NCBI GenBank assembly: GCA_012295275.1
Contig: CM022670.1
Span: forward strand, 3,162,001-3,226,000
Origin: Chrysomallon squamiferum
Lineage: Eukaryota > Animalia > Mollusca
Direction: 5' to 3'
DNA length: 64,000 bases
Shown: positions 16,047 to 44,580 of the stretch, in pieces
Layout: every line of letters starts with the position of its first letter
Position numbering within the stretch: position 1 is the first letter of the stretch
Notes under the pieces: model-generated
Seen by the model: the letters and a program-made list of their open reading frames with translations, nothing else
Told to the model about the DNA's origin: nothing
Databases searched by the model: none
Position numbers and translations under genes: made by a program

Positions 16047-16204
16047 TTTTTTATTCATGTGAAAATCTCTTTCGTTTTCGTCATTTCAGATAACAATTGG
16101 AATTTATTCAGGGAACGTGGTGACTGGTTATATTGGTAAAAAGATGCCTCGCTATTGTTTGTTCGGTAACACTGTTAACCTCACCAGCAGGACGGAAACG
16201 ACAG
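16047..16204 (+). pseudogene. Inverted partial duplicate of sGC-beta1 exon 7 with its upstream acceptor
   Basis: 158 bp matching the reverse complement of 25116-25273, 9 mismatches and no gaps by hand count; reads [38 protein letters not shown]; preceded by (CT)n like the source. Confidence 0.93.
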
Positions 16205-16681
16205 TCTCTCTGTCTCTTCATCATTTTGTTTTCTAAGTCTACGATTTGTCTATGTAATCAAATAAACTACAAAGTGGCAGACGCTTGGGAAAATAATTTT
16301 ATGAGTTTAACAAACACGTGGTTATTAATCCCGCAGTAAAAACACCTAAAACTTACGACGAGCACTTACTACAAATGGAATTCTCAACATGCTGACACGT
16401 AAACTGTGAAAGAGATAAATGCTCGTGTGGAAGAACAACAAACATAATTCGTCAAGCAGGGAGTGCAATTTCCTCCGAGGCTGAGGAGGAAACATCTCTG
16501 GAATTGAGACGTATTGTCGATGTCACCACACTCATAGGTCAACCGTTAGCCGCCATTAAAAATCGCGGAGGCCCTTTCCTTCAGTTTTTTCGTCGAATAT
16601 ATTTTTCTTCTTTGTTTCATTCCTTATTCGTTTTTTATTCATTTTTCCCGTTTTGTTTTTTTTTTTTTTTAATTTGCTGTT

Positions 16682-16755
<74 letters not shown>

Positions 16756-17648
16756 ATTTATCACCCCTGCTGTATCCTTGTAAACCCAACCAATAAATAA
16801 ATAAATAAAAGCAAAAAAATGCAATGACTTTAAACGTCATTTCCGGTGATTTGTAACCCAATTTTTTTTTTTTTTTCATTATTCTTTTCTTCTTTTTTTT
16901 TCTCTTAGACTCATTTCTCACTCCTTTCTTAAACAATCTTTTCTAGTGAATTTTTATTTTATTTTATTTTATTTTTTTTACGAATTTGTCGAGTGTAAAC
17001 TTGTGATTAACGAAACTGCTGTGAAAGTAACAATATATTTCTAAGATTATTTTTGCTGACAAAACACAGTCAGTTAGAATCCCTAACAAATACTTAAAAT
17101 TTGAATGTGAATTTAAAATATCTAAAACGTAAATCACGAATGTTTAAACACAATATTATAACGAAATTTAAAACAAATTCTAAAAAGTCATTCACTGGAA
17201 TAACTTCCAGTAACACCACATTAGTATATATATCTTCATTCTCTTCAATCTAAGAACGTAATCTCATCCTAATTCGATAAGGAGTTTTACATTCGGTATT
17301 CCAAATTTCTGTAACATGTTTCATTTTATTTTGTATGATATTACACACTAATCTTCTAACTTTTAGTTCACGTTTAACTGATATCCCGAGATGAACTTTC
17401 AGTTTTTGTCATTCAGCCTTTGCGCTGGTAAAGGTTTAACAACGTTTTGCGTAACTTTCCTACATACTAATAAAGTTATGAAATAAGCAAACATATGATA
17501 CTCGACTTTCATCGGATCCATTTTTAATAAATCTGCTACGTGGTGAATCAACTGTGGATGTTAAAACAGACTGGTTTGTTTATATTTTGGTTTGTTAGCA
17601 GACATTTTAAATTACTTATTATTATTGTTATTGTTGTTGTTGTTGTTG

Positions 17649-17686
<38 letters not shown>

Positions 17687-17769
17687 TGATCAATTATTGA
17701 AAAAATAAGACTAATAATTAAGAACTGTCGGTTTTAAAGATGTATATATGTTGCTGGGCAAGGAATTTA

Positions 17770-17975
17770 ATGGATGAACCTTTGTTTAACAACATTTTGT
17801 CTCATTCAGTATCATTTCCCACAGACCAAGACAGCACCTGCCACAGCCTTTGATAAACTAGTTGCTAGGCTTTAGCTGGAACAGGAACTGTTCTGTAAGG
17901 TATGGGCCGATGGGGACTGTAACGGGATTCATTACCTATTTTGTCAGCGCTCCAACAAAGAGCTGAAACTCGCTT
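17770..17975 (-). mobile_element. Possible highly degenerate SINE remnant
   Basis: ttcccacagaccaagacagcacctgccacagcctttgataaactagt...gctggaac resembles a gastropod SINE as I recall it; not verifiable from this window. Confidence 0.3.
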
Positions 17976-18368
17976 CTTGTGATATTTAAAATAAGTAGTT
18001 TTTTTAATTCATTAATTTCATTTGGTTTGAGTATCATTGCAGATTGTAATCACCAGATCTGTCTTTAGTACCAAGTCCAAACATAACAGAAAAAGTATGT
18101 GATGGTGATCATGGAGTACTGATGCTAGTTCTGATTATGATAGTGATAATCGAGTGATGATGGTGATGATGGCAGTGTTGGTATGATGATGATAATCGAG
18201 TGATGATGGTGATGATGGCAGTGTTCGTATGATGATGATAACCTAGAAATTGATCAAGTGCACTGAAATTCAGTTTATATATTATGATTCTGACTAATTT
18301 TCGGAGTTTTTTGGTTATTGCTGTTGTTGTTGTTGTTATTATTAATATTAATATTATTATTATTATTA

Positions 18369-18409
<41 letters not shown>

Positions 18410-19464
18410 TTGTTTGTTCTTTGCTTCTGTTTATGCATGCTTGGCTTGTTTTTGTCCTTATTCCTAGAGGGATTTTTCTTTCTTCGTTTTTCTTTTTTTT
18501 TTCGGTTTTTTCTTTTCTTTTTTCTTTTGATAAACAAATTGAATAATAATGGGAAAAAAAAAAACCTGATTAATCTCGCTTCTAAAACACAAAACATGCG
18601 CAGTTTTAATTACAAAGCTGAAAAACTGTGACAAACAAAAAAGCCATTAAAGTAAGGGTTAACAAACTGGAAATGACAGAGGTCGAATTCAGTTTAAAAT
18701 GTTTTCTAGAGACTTGTGTGGAGTTCACTGCCAGGTGCATTTCTTCAAACTCGGATGCTTATTATCTGCACTGTGCCAAATTAATACATGTCAGATTAAA
18801 TTAAGGAGAAAAAAGGATAGGTAAAGAAAATACGTAAATAAGTAATTAATAAAACGTGTTCCATGGCCACGGAATAAGATATGTAAACAATACAGCTAAA
18901 TTCTTAATTAAAAACATGTTCAGTGAAAGAAAGACTTTTCTTGTCTTGAGGAAAAGCAATTAAGATGCGAAAGAACGTTACATACTTACTGACATAGGTC
19001 AAATAACATATAAAAAAAAAAAAAAAACAGCGAGAAATGATTAACAGAAAAAGGTAAAAAGAAATAAGAAGAAGATGATGATAATGTAGAAAGCAAAATA
19101 GGAAGAAAATCAGTGATGACAATAATCATTTTTTTCAACAATACAATAATAATACTAAGAAAAGAATAAGAAAAGATGATGACAGTTATTCTGATGTCAA
19201 TGACAACAATAATTTTCTAGCAACTTATTCTATATTTCAAATGAACATCCGTTTTTATCCCAAGACGAGGAAAAAATTACTTCCAGAGAGAAACATCCAA
19301 GGCAAAAGATCATCGACAAAATAATAGATCATTGTGTGGTCTGGCCAATATTTGTCTAAGATTACAACAGTATTGATGCGATTCCATTGACCTCAGAGTT
19401 AAAACTGTAATTTAGAACTCGATATTTTTTGTTATTTACCCGCAGGGCCTATTTATTGTATCCA

Positions 19465-19497
<33 letters not shown>

Positions 19498-21515
19498 CAT
19501 TCAAGAAGACTTTCATTGCTAATGAATTAGTTTTGTCCATTTCATTCAAAACAAACAAAAAGAAACACAAGAAGCTGAATAAACTGTTTGGTGAGTTCAA
19601 AGAATCGGTTCTGTCTAGAGGCCATTAATTTGTTCTGTTGCTATAACTTTTGAAACGAGTCCCAGAGAAAAAGGGACTAGATGAATATATTTTAAGTAAG
19701 GTATATTTCCTTCAGGTTCACAGAAATCAAAACAGAATAAAGCTACACACAGATACGTTTCCTGTAGTAAAGACTGTATTTAAGCAGATCGATAGATAAG
19801 CAGATATATAAATATTGAATATGTACACTAATATGCAGTATGTCTCGCTATCTATCCTACTCAGTATATTCTGTACTTGAGATCTGTATCATTCTTGTGC
19901 TAATCTCTATATCTTCGTTGGTGTGTTCAAAGTAATAGATAATTACACCATCATAATGTTATTAATTCTAGCGTGTTATTAAGTTCAAACATAATTCTTC
20001 AGACTTTCAGTGCTGCCTTCTTCTTCGTGATTGTTCTGTTTATTATAATCAGCTTTGTGCAGACTGTCATGCCTGGTGGTTGTTGGATTAATTAATGTTG
20101 TTTGTATATTTTTGTTGTTGTTTGTTTTGTGATATCTAGTAGCTTGTGACGTTTTTCTAAGCGGAAGAGGAAGTTGAACTTTCTTTGCTTTTTAGATTTT
20201 GTTTTTGTCTAAAATATTTTTAATAGAACAGTTATAAATAGATAGGCTTCATGACCAGTGCAAATATGTAAGTGAAAATGATGATGTTGTTAATGGATGA
20301 TGACAAAAAGATCTTGGCTCTTCTTTGTCTTTCTCTCGCTCCTTTTTTCTGTCTGTCTGATTCTCTCTCTAACTGCTACGTTCCATAAAAAAAAAATCCT
20401 TTGTTTTTTAATACATGGTTTTGCTTTGATAAATTTATTCTTAGGCAACACAGATAAAAATAACAATTAGGAAAAAGATTCACAAATATTTTAATAATTT
20501 ATTCTTGACTATGTTATTACAATAAACCATTTTATCAGAATCAGCTGATGAACTAAATCATTAACAAGTTAGAATTCAAACCAATTTATAATCACTGCTC
20601 GGTTAAATTTATTTCTACGAATGAATATTAATTCGGAAACACGCGAACATGATTTATGGTTCGTAGATCTGTATAAATGTAGGTGGGTAGCAGGTTGGCA
20701 GGTAGGCAGGTATTCATTTAGGTAAAATATACCTATCTCTGTAAGCTTAGACAAATAAGAAAACAAATACGCAGAATTTTCATTTCAAACTAATGTTTTA
20801 AATGGCCACTGAATAAGATTATTACGAGATGACAAGAAAAAGAATTAACGTACCGAAAAGCAGTTAAAGTTTCAAAGGAAAAAGTATGACAGAGAAGCAT
20901 ACAGATGGTTTAAGATGGAAAGAATCGAAGGAAAGACTTAAATATGGGGAATAAGTTTGTTTATATGTAAACTGATGTAAATACATGAGTGAAATTTAGA
21001 GACCTAAAGTTAATGTACTTTTTTTTATTAAACAGTCTTTTTTGTTCATCGTAAACTGAAAATGAACAAAGTTGATATCTAAAAAAAAAGAAGTATTAAT
21101 ATTAATTAAATAAAAAAGAATTAAGATTAAAATAGGGAAGAAGAAAGAAAATAACATTACTGAAAAGAGAAATAATTGAATGCAGTAATTAATCTCCCGT
21201 TCAGAGTTAAAAAAAATCATAAATTACGAATTTTAACGGAATTTATTTCTCCTACAAAATTTAGCAAGAACAGAACTACATTAAATAAATTACTGATTAG
21301 TTTTGTTTGGAAACAGTCATTACTGTATTAATAACCCCATTTTTTTATTTCCGTAGAAATTACAACAGAATATCGTCATTTTACGTTACAACTCGAAATA
21401 ACCGGAAAGAAGACGACCGGTTATAGTCTCTTCCTTTAACACAAATAAAACTCCGCAGAGAAGATCTCCGATTAGCGTCATTTCCGTTACGTACAGGAAA
21501 ACGTGACGGTGACGG

Positions 21516-38273
<16,758 letters not shown>

Positions 38274-38940
38274 TTTGAACGTCTGTTGAAGTTACAATGC
38301 TAAAGCGATTGTGTTTCCAAACATTTCAAAACATTTCGATCTGTCTCTCTGTCTCACTCAGTGTCGTATTTGTTAATTACACATCCAAAGTTCAGATTAT
38401 TCGAACTGTAAGAACCGAAGATTTTAAGACTAGACCTGTTCTCGTGTCCACCTATTTTCGGAACAAACAGCTTCAACTGTTTCGCTCGCTTGACAAACTT
38501 TTATTTGTAAATACTCGAAAGCGAATCAACACTTCAGATGAATTACACTGTAGATATTAATTTCAAAAGCTTTTCTTCGCCCCCTTTCAGTCTCCCATCG
38601 TATCGCTGAATGGCTAATATTTAATAACGAAATCCGACTGAGCCAGTTCTCCGTTTTCTCGCAGACGACAGAGTTTGCTATCACAGACGATATAGATCGT
38701 TTGATCGTTCGCACCAGTGTTTGTTTGTGGTTACAGCGGTGAAACGATAGCTGTGCGGCACAGCGGTAGGAAAGACTACGAGAAGATTGCTGAATTACAG
38801 CGCCAACTGCCACGTGGGGAAACACGAGGAAACGACGTATTGATTGCTGCTTGATGGAGTAGTGTAGAGTCGCGACAATCTTTACTTCGAGTTGCAGAGA
38901 ACTGAAAAACAAGTTCACTCGCACCTCTTTCACGTTTTGT
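38274..38940 (-). promoter_or_regulatory. sGC-beta1 5' UTR / proximal promoter region
   Basis: CpG-containing unique sequence upstream of the ATG exon; E-box CACGTG 38811-16; TSS not determinable. Confidence 0.35.
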
Positions 38941-39135
38941 TCTTCTTGTTACATGTTAATTCAATAAAATCTTGCTGCAGCAAACACAAATTTTAAAAAT
39001 GCGATGTGTTAATGCTGGCTGTGAGGAATTTACTGTAACTAATCCATATTTTTCTTCAGTCATTATCATATTTACAGTACGTGCAGTCAGCATTGTTAAA
39101 ATACTGAAGACAGTTTCTCGTTAAAGCAAACGTTT

Positions 39136-39138
<3 letters not shown>

Positions 39139-39208
<70 letters not shown>
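39139..39208. repeat. (AAT)n-(ATT)n perfect 70-bp palindrome
   Basis: AAT run switches directly to its complement at 39173/39174. Confidence 0.85.
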
Positions 39209-39608
39209 GGTTAATCGTTAAAATATAAAATAAAAGTTTTAAAAAGTGTTGATGTTATTGAAGTATGTAACCAAATAAATAATTCTTTAAAAGAATATAT
39301 ATTGTTAATTCGGAGTTTAGCTACAGATGAAATTTAAAATCCAAGATCAAATTTAAATTAAGATACACTGTTTCTTTTCTTGGTAATAAAGTTTAGAGTA
39401 TTGGACTCACATTTGTATAGTAGCTGAGGGATTACTTGGGTGGTGATATGGGGGAATCTTCCAACATATCCAGCAATAGTAACATTACACACACTTTTAC
39501 TTTTTCCTTGAAACTTACTTGTTTATTTATTTATTTATTTATTTATTTTTATGTATAGTCGTTTATGTATTTAAATGTCTTTACCAAGGTTCTTTTGCTT
39601 ATTTATTT

Positions 39609-39650
<42 letters not shown>

Positions 39651-42119
39651 CTATTTATTTATTTATTTTCTTTCTAATAAATGTCCAGTTCAAATTTTAA
39701 TTAACAATCGTTTATGTATTTAAATGTCTTTATCAAAGTTCTTCTTTTGTTTATTTATTTTTACATTTCGTTGATTGATGAACCAGTTAGATGTTACTAT
39801 TATCTATTATGAGCCTGGGCCAAGGGAGGCAACAGCATTCCCAAATGACAATTTATCAGCAAGAGTTATCCTACACACCTTAGTTCTGTATTTTGACTAG
39901 AAAATTCATTTAACATGAACGTAATATTATTGGCCATTCTGAATTATGTTATAGATTTATAAAACAATGAAATATTCCTCTCATTGAATACAAGAAAAAT
40001 ACGATCCAAAACATTATATACAGAACAAATTTATAAAAACCAATTACGTTATGCAAACGAAACAGAGAAATGATTCCAATTCACTGTGTGACGTCATTCC
40101 TTGGAAACGTTCTTTTGAGTTCCCGCCATCGGTATGTAAAGAACCCTTTCACAAACAAAGGCAGTTGAAGTTCTGAACATTATTTCTGCTCTGCTGAATT
40201 TTAACAAATGGGTACTAAGGAGATAACACTGGATATTGAATTATTTAAGAAATCAACATGTTATTGCCTTATGAATGGAACTTCATAAACATTGTAAAAT
40301 TTCAGTGACATGTGTAAATCGTCAACAACAAGACAGAATGAATATCAGCCTAAGGCAGACTAATTCTTAAAAAGTGCATCTGCTCAGAAAGGAAGCACTG
40401 GAGAAGTGACAACATTAAGCAAAGACCTCTCAAGTATCCCTAGTGTGGAAACAAAGAAGCAAAGGAGTTCAGACTTACGTAATCAGGCTCTTTATGAATA
40501 TATCCGCCATAGCAACCATAATGAATTGACAACAGAACTGTGCTAACCGACTGATGAACATAGAGTATTGAACTCATACATGATATAAGCATAAATGAAT
40601 TCAAGACAGTATGCTTATTAGGTTCGTTTTACACACACACACACGCTCGCACGCACGCACACACACGTAATGTGTGGATATGTGTGCAGGTGAATGTATA
40701 AAGCATGCAAGATAAAGAAAGTGAAGTAGTCTAAGAATGAAATAACCAGAGTCCAATTCAATCAATTTGCATAATGCAGTTTCCTTTCTCTTTCAGCGCT
40801 ATCGGTTTCTTTCTATGTTTTCGTCTTATAATAATATATTTGTACTTTAAATAAGGCGCGTGAGAGTGTGCGTGCGTACACAAACATGTTGTACAAAATA
40901 ATAAAATAAGTTTCTGATCACACTGTACGTTTTTTTGTTTTATTTGCGCGTGTTGTTTGTGTGTGCACGTCGATATACGTATGTATGTATGTGCGTATGC
41001 ATGCATGTGTGTATGATTATACTTGGATATGTGTGTCTATATGTATGTGTGATTGAGTGTGGATTTTTGTTTGTAATATTTGTATATATATGTAAGTATA
41101 CGTTCATATATGTATGTAAGTGTGGATATATCTTTGTGTGTACGTGCATTTGTCCATTTTCATTGGTGTGTACGTGCATCTGTGTGCGTTTCTTTAACTA
41201 GTTATATGTGTATTTGTGTTTATGTATGTTTCCGTTTCTCTTTATCGATGTTTGCTTATGTTTTTGTGTGTATTTAAGAGTGTATGTATCTGTATGTACG
41301 TATATATGTGCATGTGTATTTTTGTATGTGTATTTATACGTGTTTGTGTGTTAGTATGTGTGTGTGTACGTATTCATGTATTTGGGAGTTTGTTATCTGT
41401 TTCATTCTTTGTGTGTATATGCTTATATTCGTGCACGGCTGATAGTTAATAAACAAAACACTTCAAAATATTTCTACATTATTTACTTCGGAAATACATC
41501 TTAATTAAAAAAAAATGGCTTTTTACTTTCCTGTTTATAAAATTTAAGATAATAAAACTATTTTCCGAATATTGATTGACACCGTTTACTAGACTTGTTT
41601 AATTACAAGGTTGTCTGCGTTAAAGTTTGCAGCGAGAGGGGAAAAAAATTGACTTGACAAGTTTGACAAGAGTAAGTTGATATCTTTACATTGATGGTCG
41701 GTGATGCATGACAGATGACGTAGCAATGATGATAAATATTCATATTTGCACTGCATGCTTTATCTAATGAGCCTGTGCCCCTTTTTTAATTACATAGACA
41801 TATGGACGATATATGGTTGTCTTGTAAAATCGTTTAACATAATTATGTTTTTTATCGGGAGGCTGTATTAAAAATATATTTCTGTTTTATCATTTATATC
41901 GCAAACCCGATCAACGAACGCGTTCAGCTACATTAGATTCGCTGACAAGGGAACCAGGCATCTACTCTCACTGTTGATGATTTCTCTTTTCCCATGAAAG
42001 ATACAGTTCGACGATTCTAATTCAAAGTGTGATAATGATTCGTGCCCCATGGGATGAATAGCTAGGTATAAAGTGAAGCGTTTCCACAAGATTTTGTTAT
42101 TTTATGTTGTTGTGACAAC

Positions 42120-42155
42120 AAACAGGAAGGAAATCGACAGAAGCGCATGCGTGAT
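42120..42155 (+). promoter_or_regulatory. Candidate GAS2 promoter (ETS core + NRF1-like GCGCATGCG)
   Basis: caggaagg 42123-30 and GCGCATGCG 42143-51, about 1 kb upstream of the acceptor of the ATG exon, which implies a non-coding first exon. Confidence 0.3.
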
Positions 42156-43135
42156 AATGTAAAGTTATTATTAGTTTTTAAAAATATTTCCTGAACAAAA
42201 AATTGTGTTATATCTATATATACTTGTTTGTTTTGTTTTAACGTATGTATGTGGTAGTAGTGTTTATTGTAATGCTTATACCGGTATTGTTAATGAGATA
42301 GTGTCTCAGTGTAGCAGTTTACAAAACGGAGTGTTTACGTTTCCATCGGAACGATTTGCGTAATCCGAATAAAAATTATTAGAATTTATCATAATAAATA
42401 AATAAATAAATAAATAAATAATAACAACAAATTAATTAATAAAAAAATCGTAAATGTTTGCTATCTCTATATAAATAAAAGTACATTTCTACTACCACAT
42501 GCGTATAATGTTAGTTTTGGAATGGTACATGAACGAATTTAATACTATGATGTTTTTTGACGAAAGATAATGTTGTTGTTCAAGTTTCAGCATAGCTAAA
42601 ACTTTTATTTTTATTTTGCAAAGAAATAAAATATCAGGTAATTAGTTTCTGTTTCAAAAATACTTTCATTATTATTATTATTATTTTTTTATTATTTATT
42701 TATTTATTATATTTTTAATATTAAATATAACATTGTTACATTATATTCATATAATAATTGTGTATTTAATAAAAATAACAAAAATAGTATTTTATTATGA
42801 TTATTTGTGTAGTTAAAATAATTATTCTTTGTTATTTGCTACTATTTGAAGTTTCTTTTTTCTGTTTTATTATTATTTTTTATTATTGGTAGATTATTAC
42901 AGTCAATCTACTTGAGGCTATATGTAAATATGTCAAAGCTGCTGCTATTTAAAAAGAATACATAAAATTATCATTTATTTATTTATTTATTTATTATTAT
43001 TTAAACTAAAATATTAGTCTTGATGTAGTTGTTCTGTTCTTTATGCTACTGTTCAAAAAATGGCATAAATTGTTGAATGTGTTGTTTTTTATTATTATTA
43101 TTTTTGTATTACTGTTTTACTTGTAGACTTGAAAA

Positions 43136-43271
43136 ATGAGTTATCCTCAAATAGATACAGATGAACAGTCTCCTGATGATGAAATTTTCAGTCAGGAAAT
43201 TCAGTTTTTGCAGGACAGTAGTCTGGCTCCTTTGAAAGAGGACCTTGTTGTCTGGCTCAGTAAAACTCTAG
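43136..43271 (+). CDS. GAS2: GAS2 coding exon 1
   Basis: Acceptor ttgtag ends 43126, ATG 43136; MSYPQ...LAPLKEDLVVWLSKTL; donor gtacag. Confidence 0.85.
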
Positions 43272-44529
43272 GTACAGAACTAATGTGACAATGTGTCTTG
43301 TTTTAACACATAATATATCAGGATATACATGTATTACAATAATCAATATACATTTACCAGTTTAATATTTTTTATACCTGCATTGTTTGTAGTTTAAATA
43401 TGTCGGAATGTGTTTGTTTTACAATAATCAGTATAAAGGTATCAGTTTAATATTACACTAATACAGTTGGGATTTTCAAATTTAAAAAAAAAAAAAAAAA
43501 AATTTAATTAAAATAAATCTTTTGTAGATGGTGCTGTATTTATATATATATTATTATTATTATTATTTATACCAGAGCAATACAATCATTTACTCTAAAT
43601 TACACATGCTTTTATTATTTATATTATATTGTAATAAAAAATGTAAAAAAAAAAAAAAAATTATCTTTTTCACACCAAATAAGTTAAGTGTCAAAGTTCT
43701 TAAACTGGTTTTCTTAAATTTTTTCTCACTGAATTTCAGAAATTGAAGTAACAGTGGAAACTTTGATGGATGTTTTAGCCAATGGTGGACAACTGTGCAG
43801 ACTTGCAAAAGTTGTAGAAAACAAGGCAACAGAATGTGCGAAAGAAGGAAAAGTGACTGAAGTATGTTTAATAAAGAAATAAATATTTCTTCCTAAGTCA
43901 AATATTTTTATTATTTTGTCAGAATGTTAAAGAAAAATATAATTAAAGGTTTTAAATTAGCTTACACTATGAAAATGATGTTAAGAAACTGAAACACTAA
44001 ATTCACCAGATAATCAATCACTAATTGTCTTGTATTATAGAAAAATAAATACAACACAATTACTTACTTTTTATTTATTTATATAAAATCATGAGCACAT
44101 AGGGGGTTTAAGAAAGCAAAAGAGTTGATTTTGCTCGAAAAACTAGTACTAATTTCTTCTTGCTTTGCCTAAATTTTCATAAGAAATTGGAAGGAAATTT
44201 GTCCCTGTTATTAGGGGCAAAAATCCTTTGTTATTAGAAGCATATATTTTTCCAGTCCAATATATAATGTATTAATATCATTACAGAAATATAATATTGT
44301 TTTTTTTAAATAGACAAAATTAGTAAAACATTCCTTATTGTACAGAAACTTCCCAACCACAAGATGAAGTGCAATATGCAGGCAAAACCAGGAAGCTGGT
44401 TTGCTAGAGATAACATAGCCAACTTCCTTGGCTGGTGCAAAGAATGGGGAATTAAAGATTCATGTTTGTTTGAAACTGAGGATCTGGGTAAATTACATTT
44501 TTTTATTAAATTTTATTATTTTTTATTTT

Positions 44530-44580
<51 letters not shown>

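Noticed and set aside
38297-38933. ORFs of 87 and 135 aa upstream of the sGC ATG
   Set aside because: Fall in the inferred 5' UTR/promoter; no recognisable homology
39555-39765. Short direct duplication (tcgtttatgtatttaaatgtcttta), also one at 18144-18240
   Set aside because: Ordinary slippage duplications among microsatellites with no sign of function
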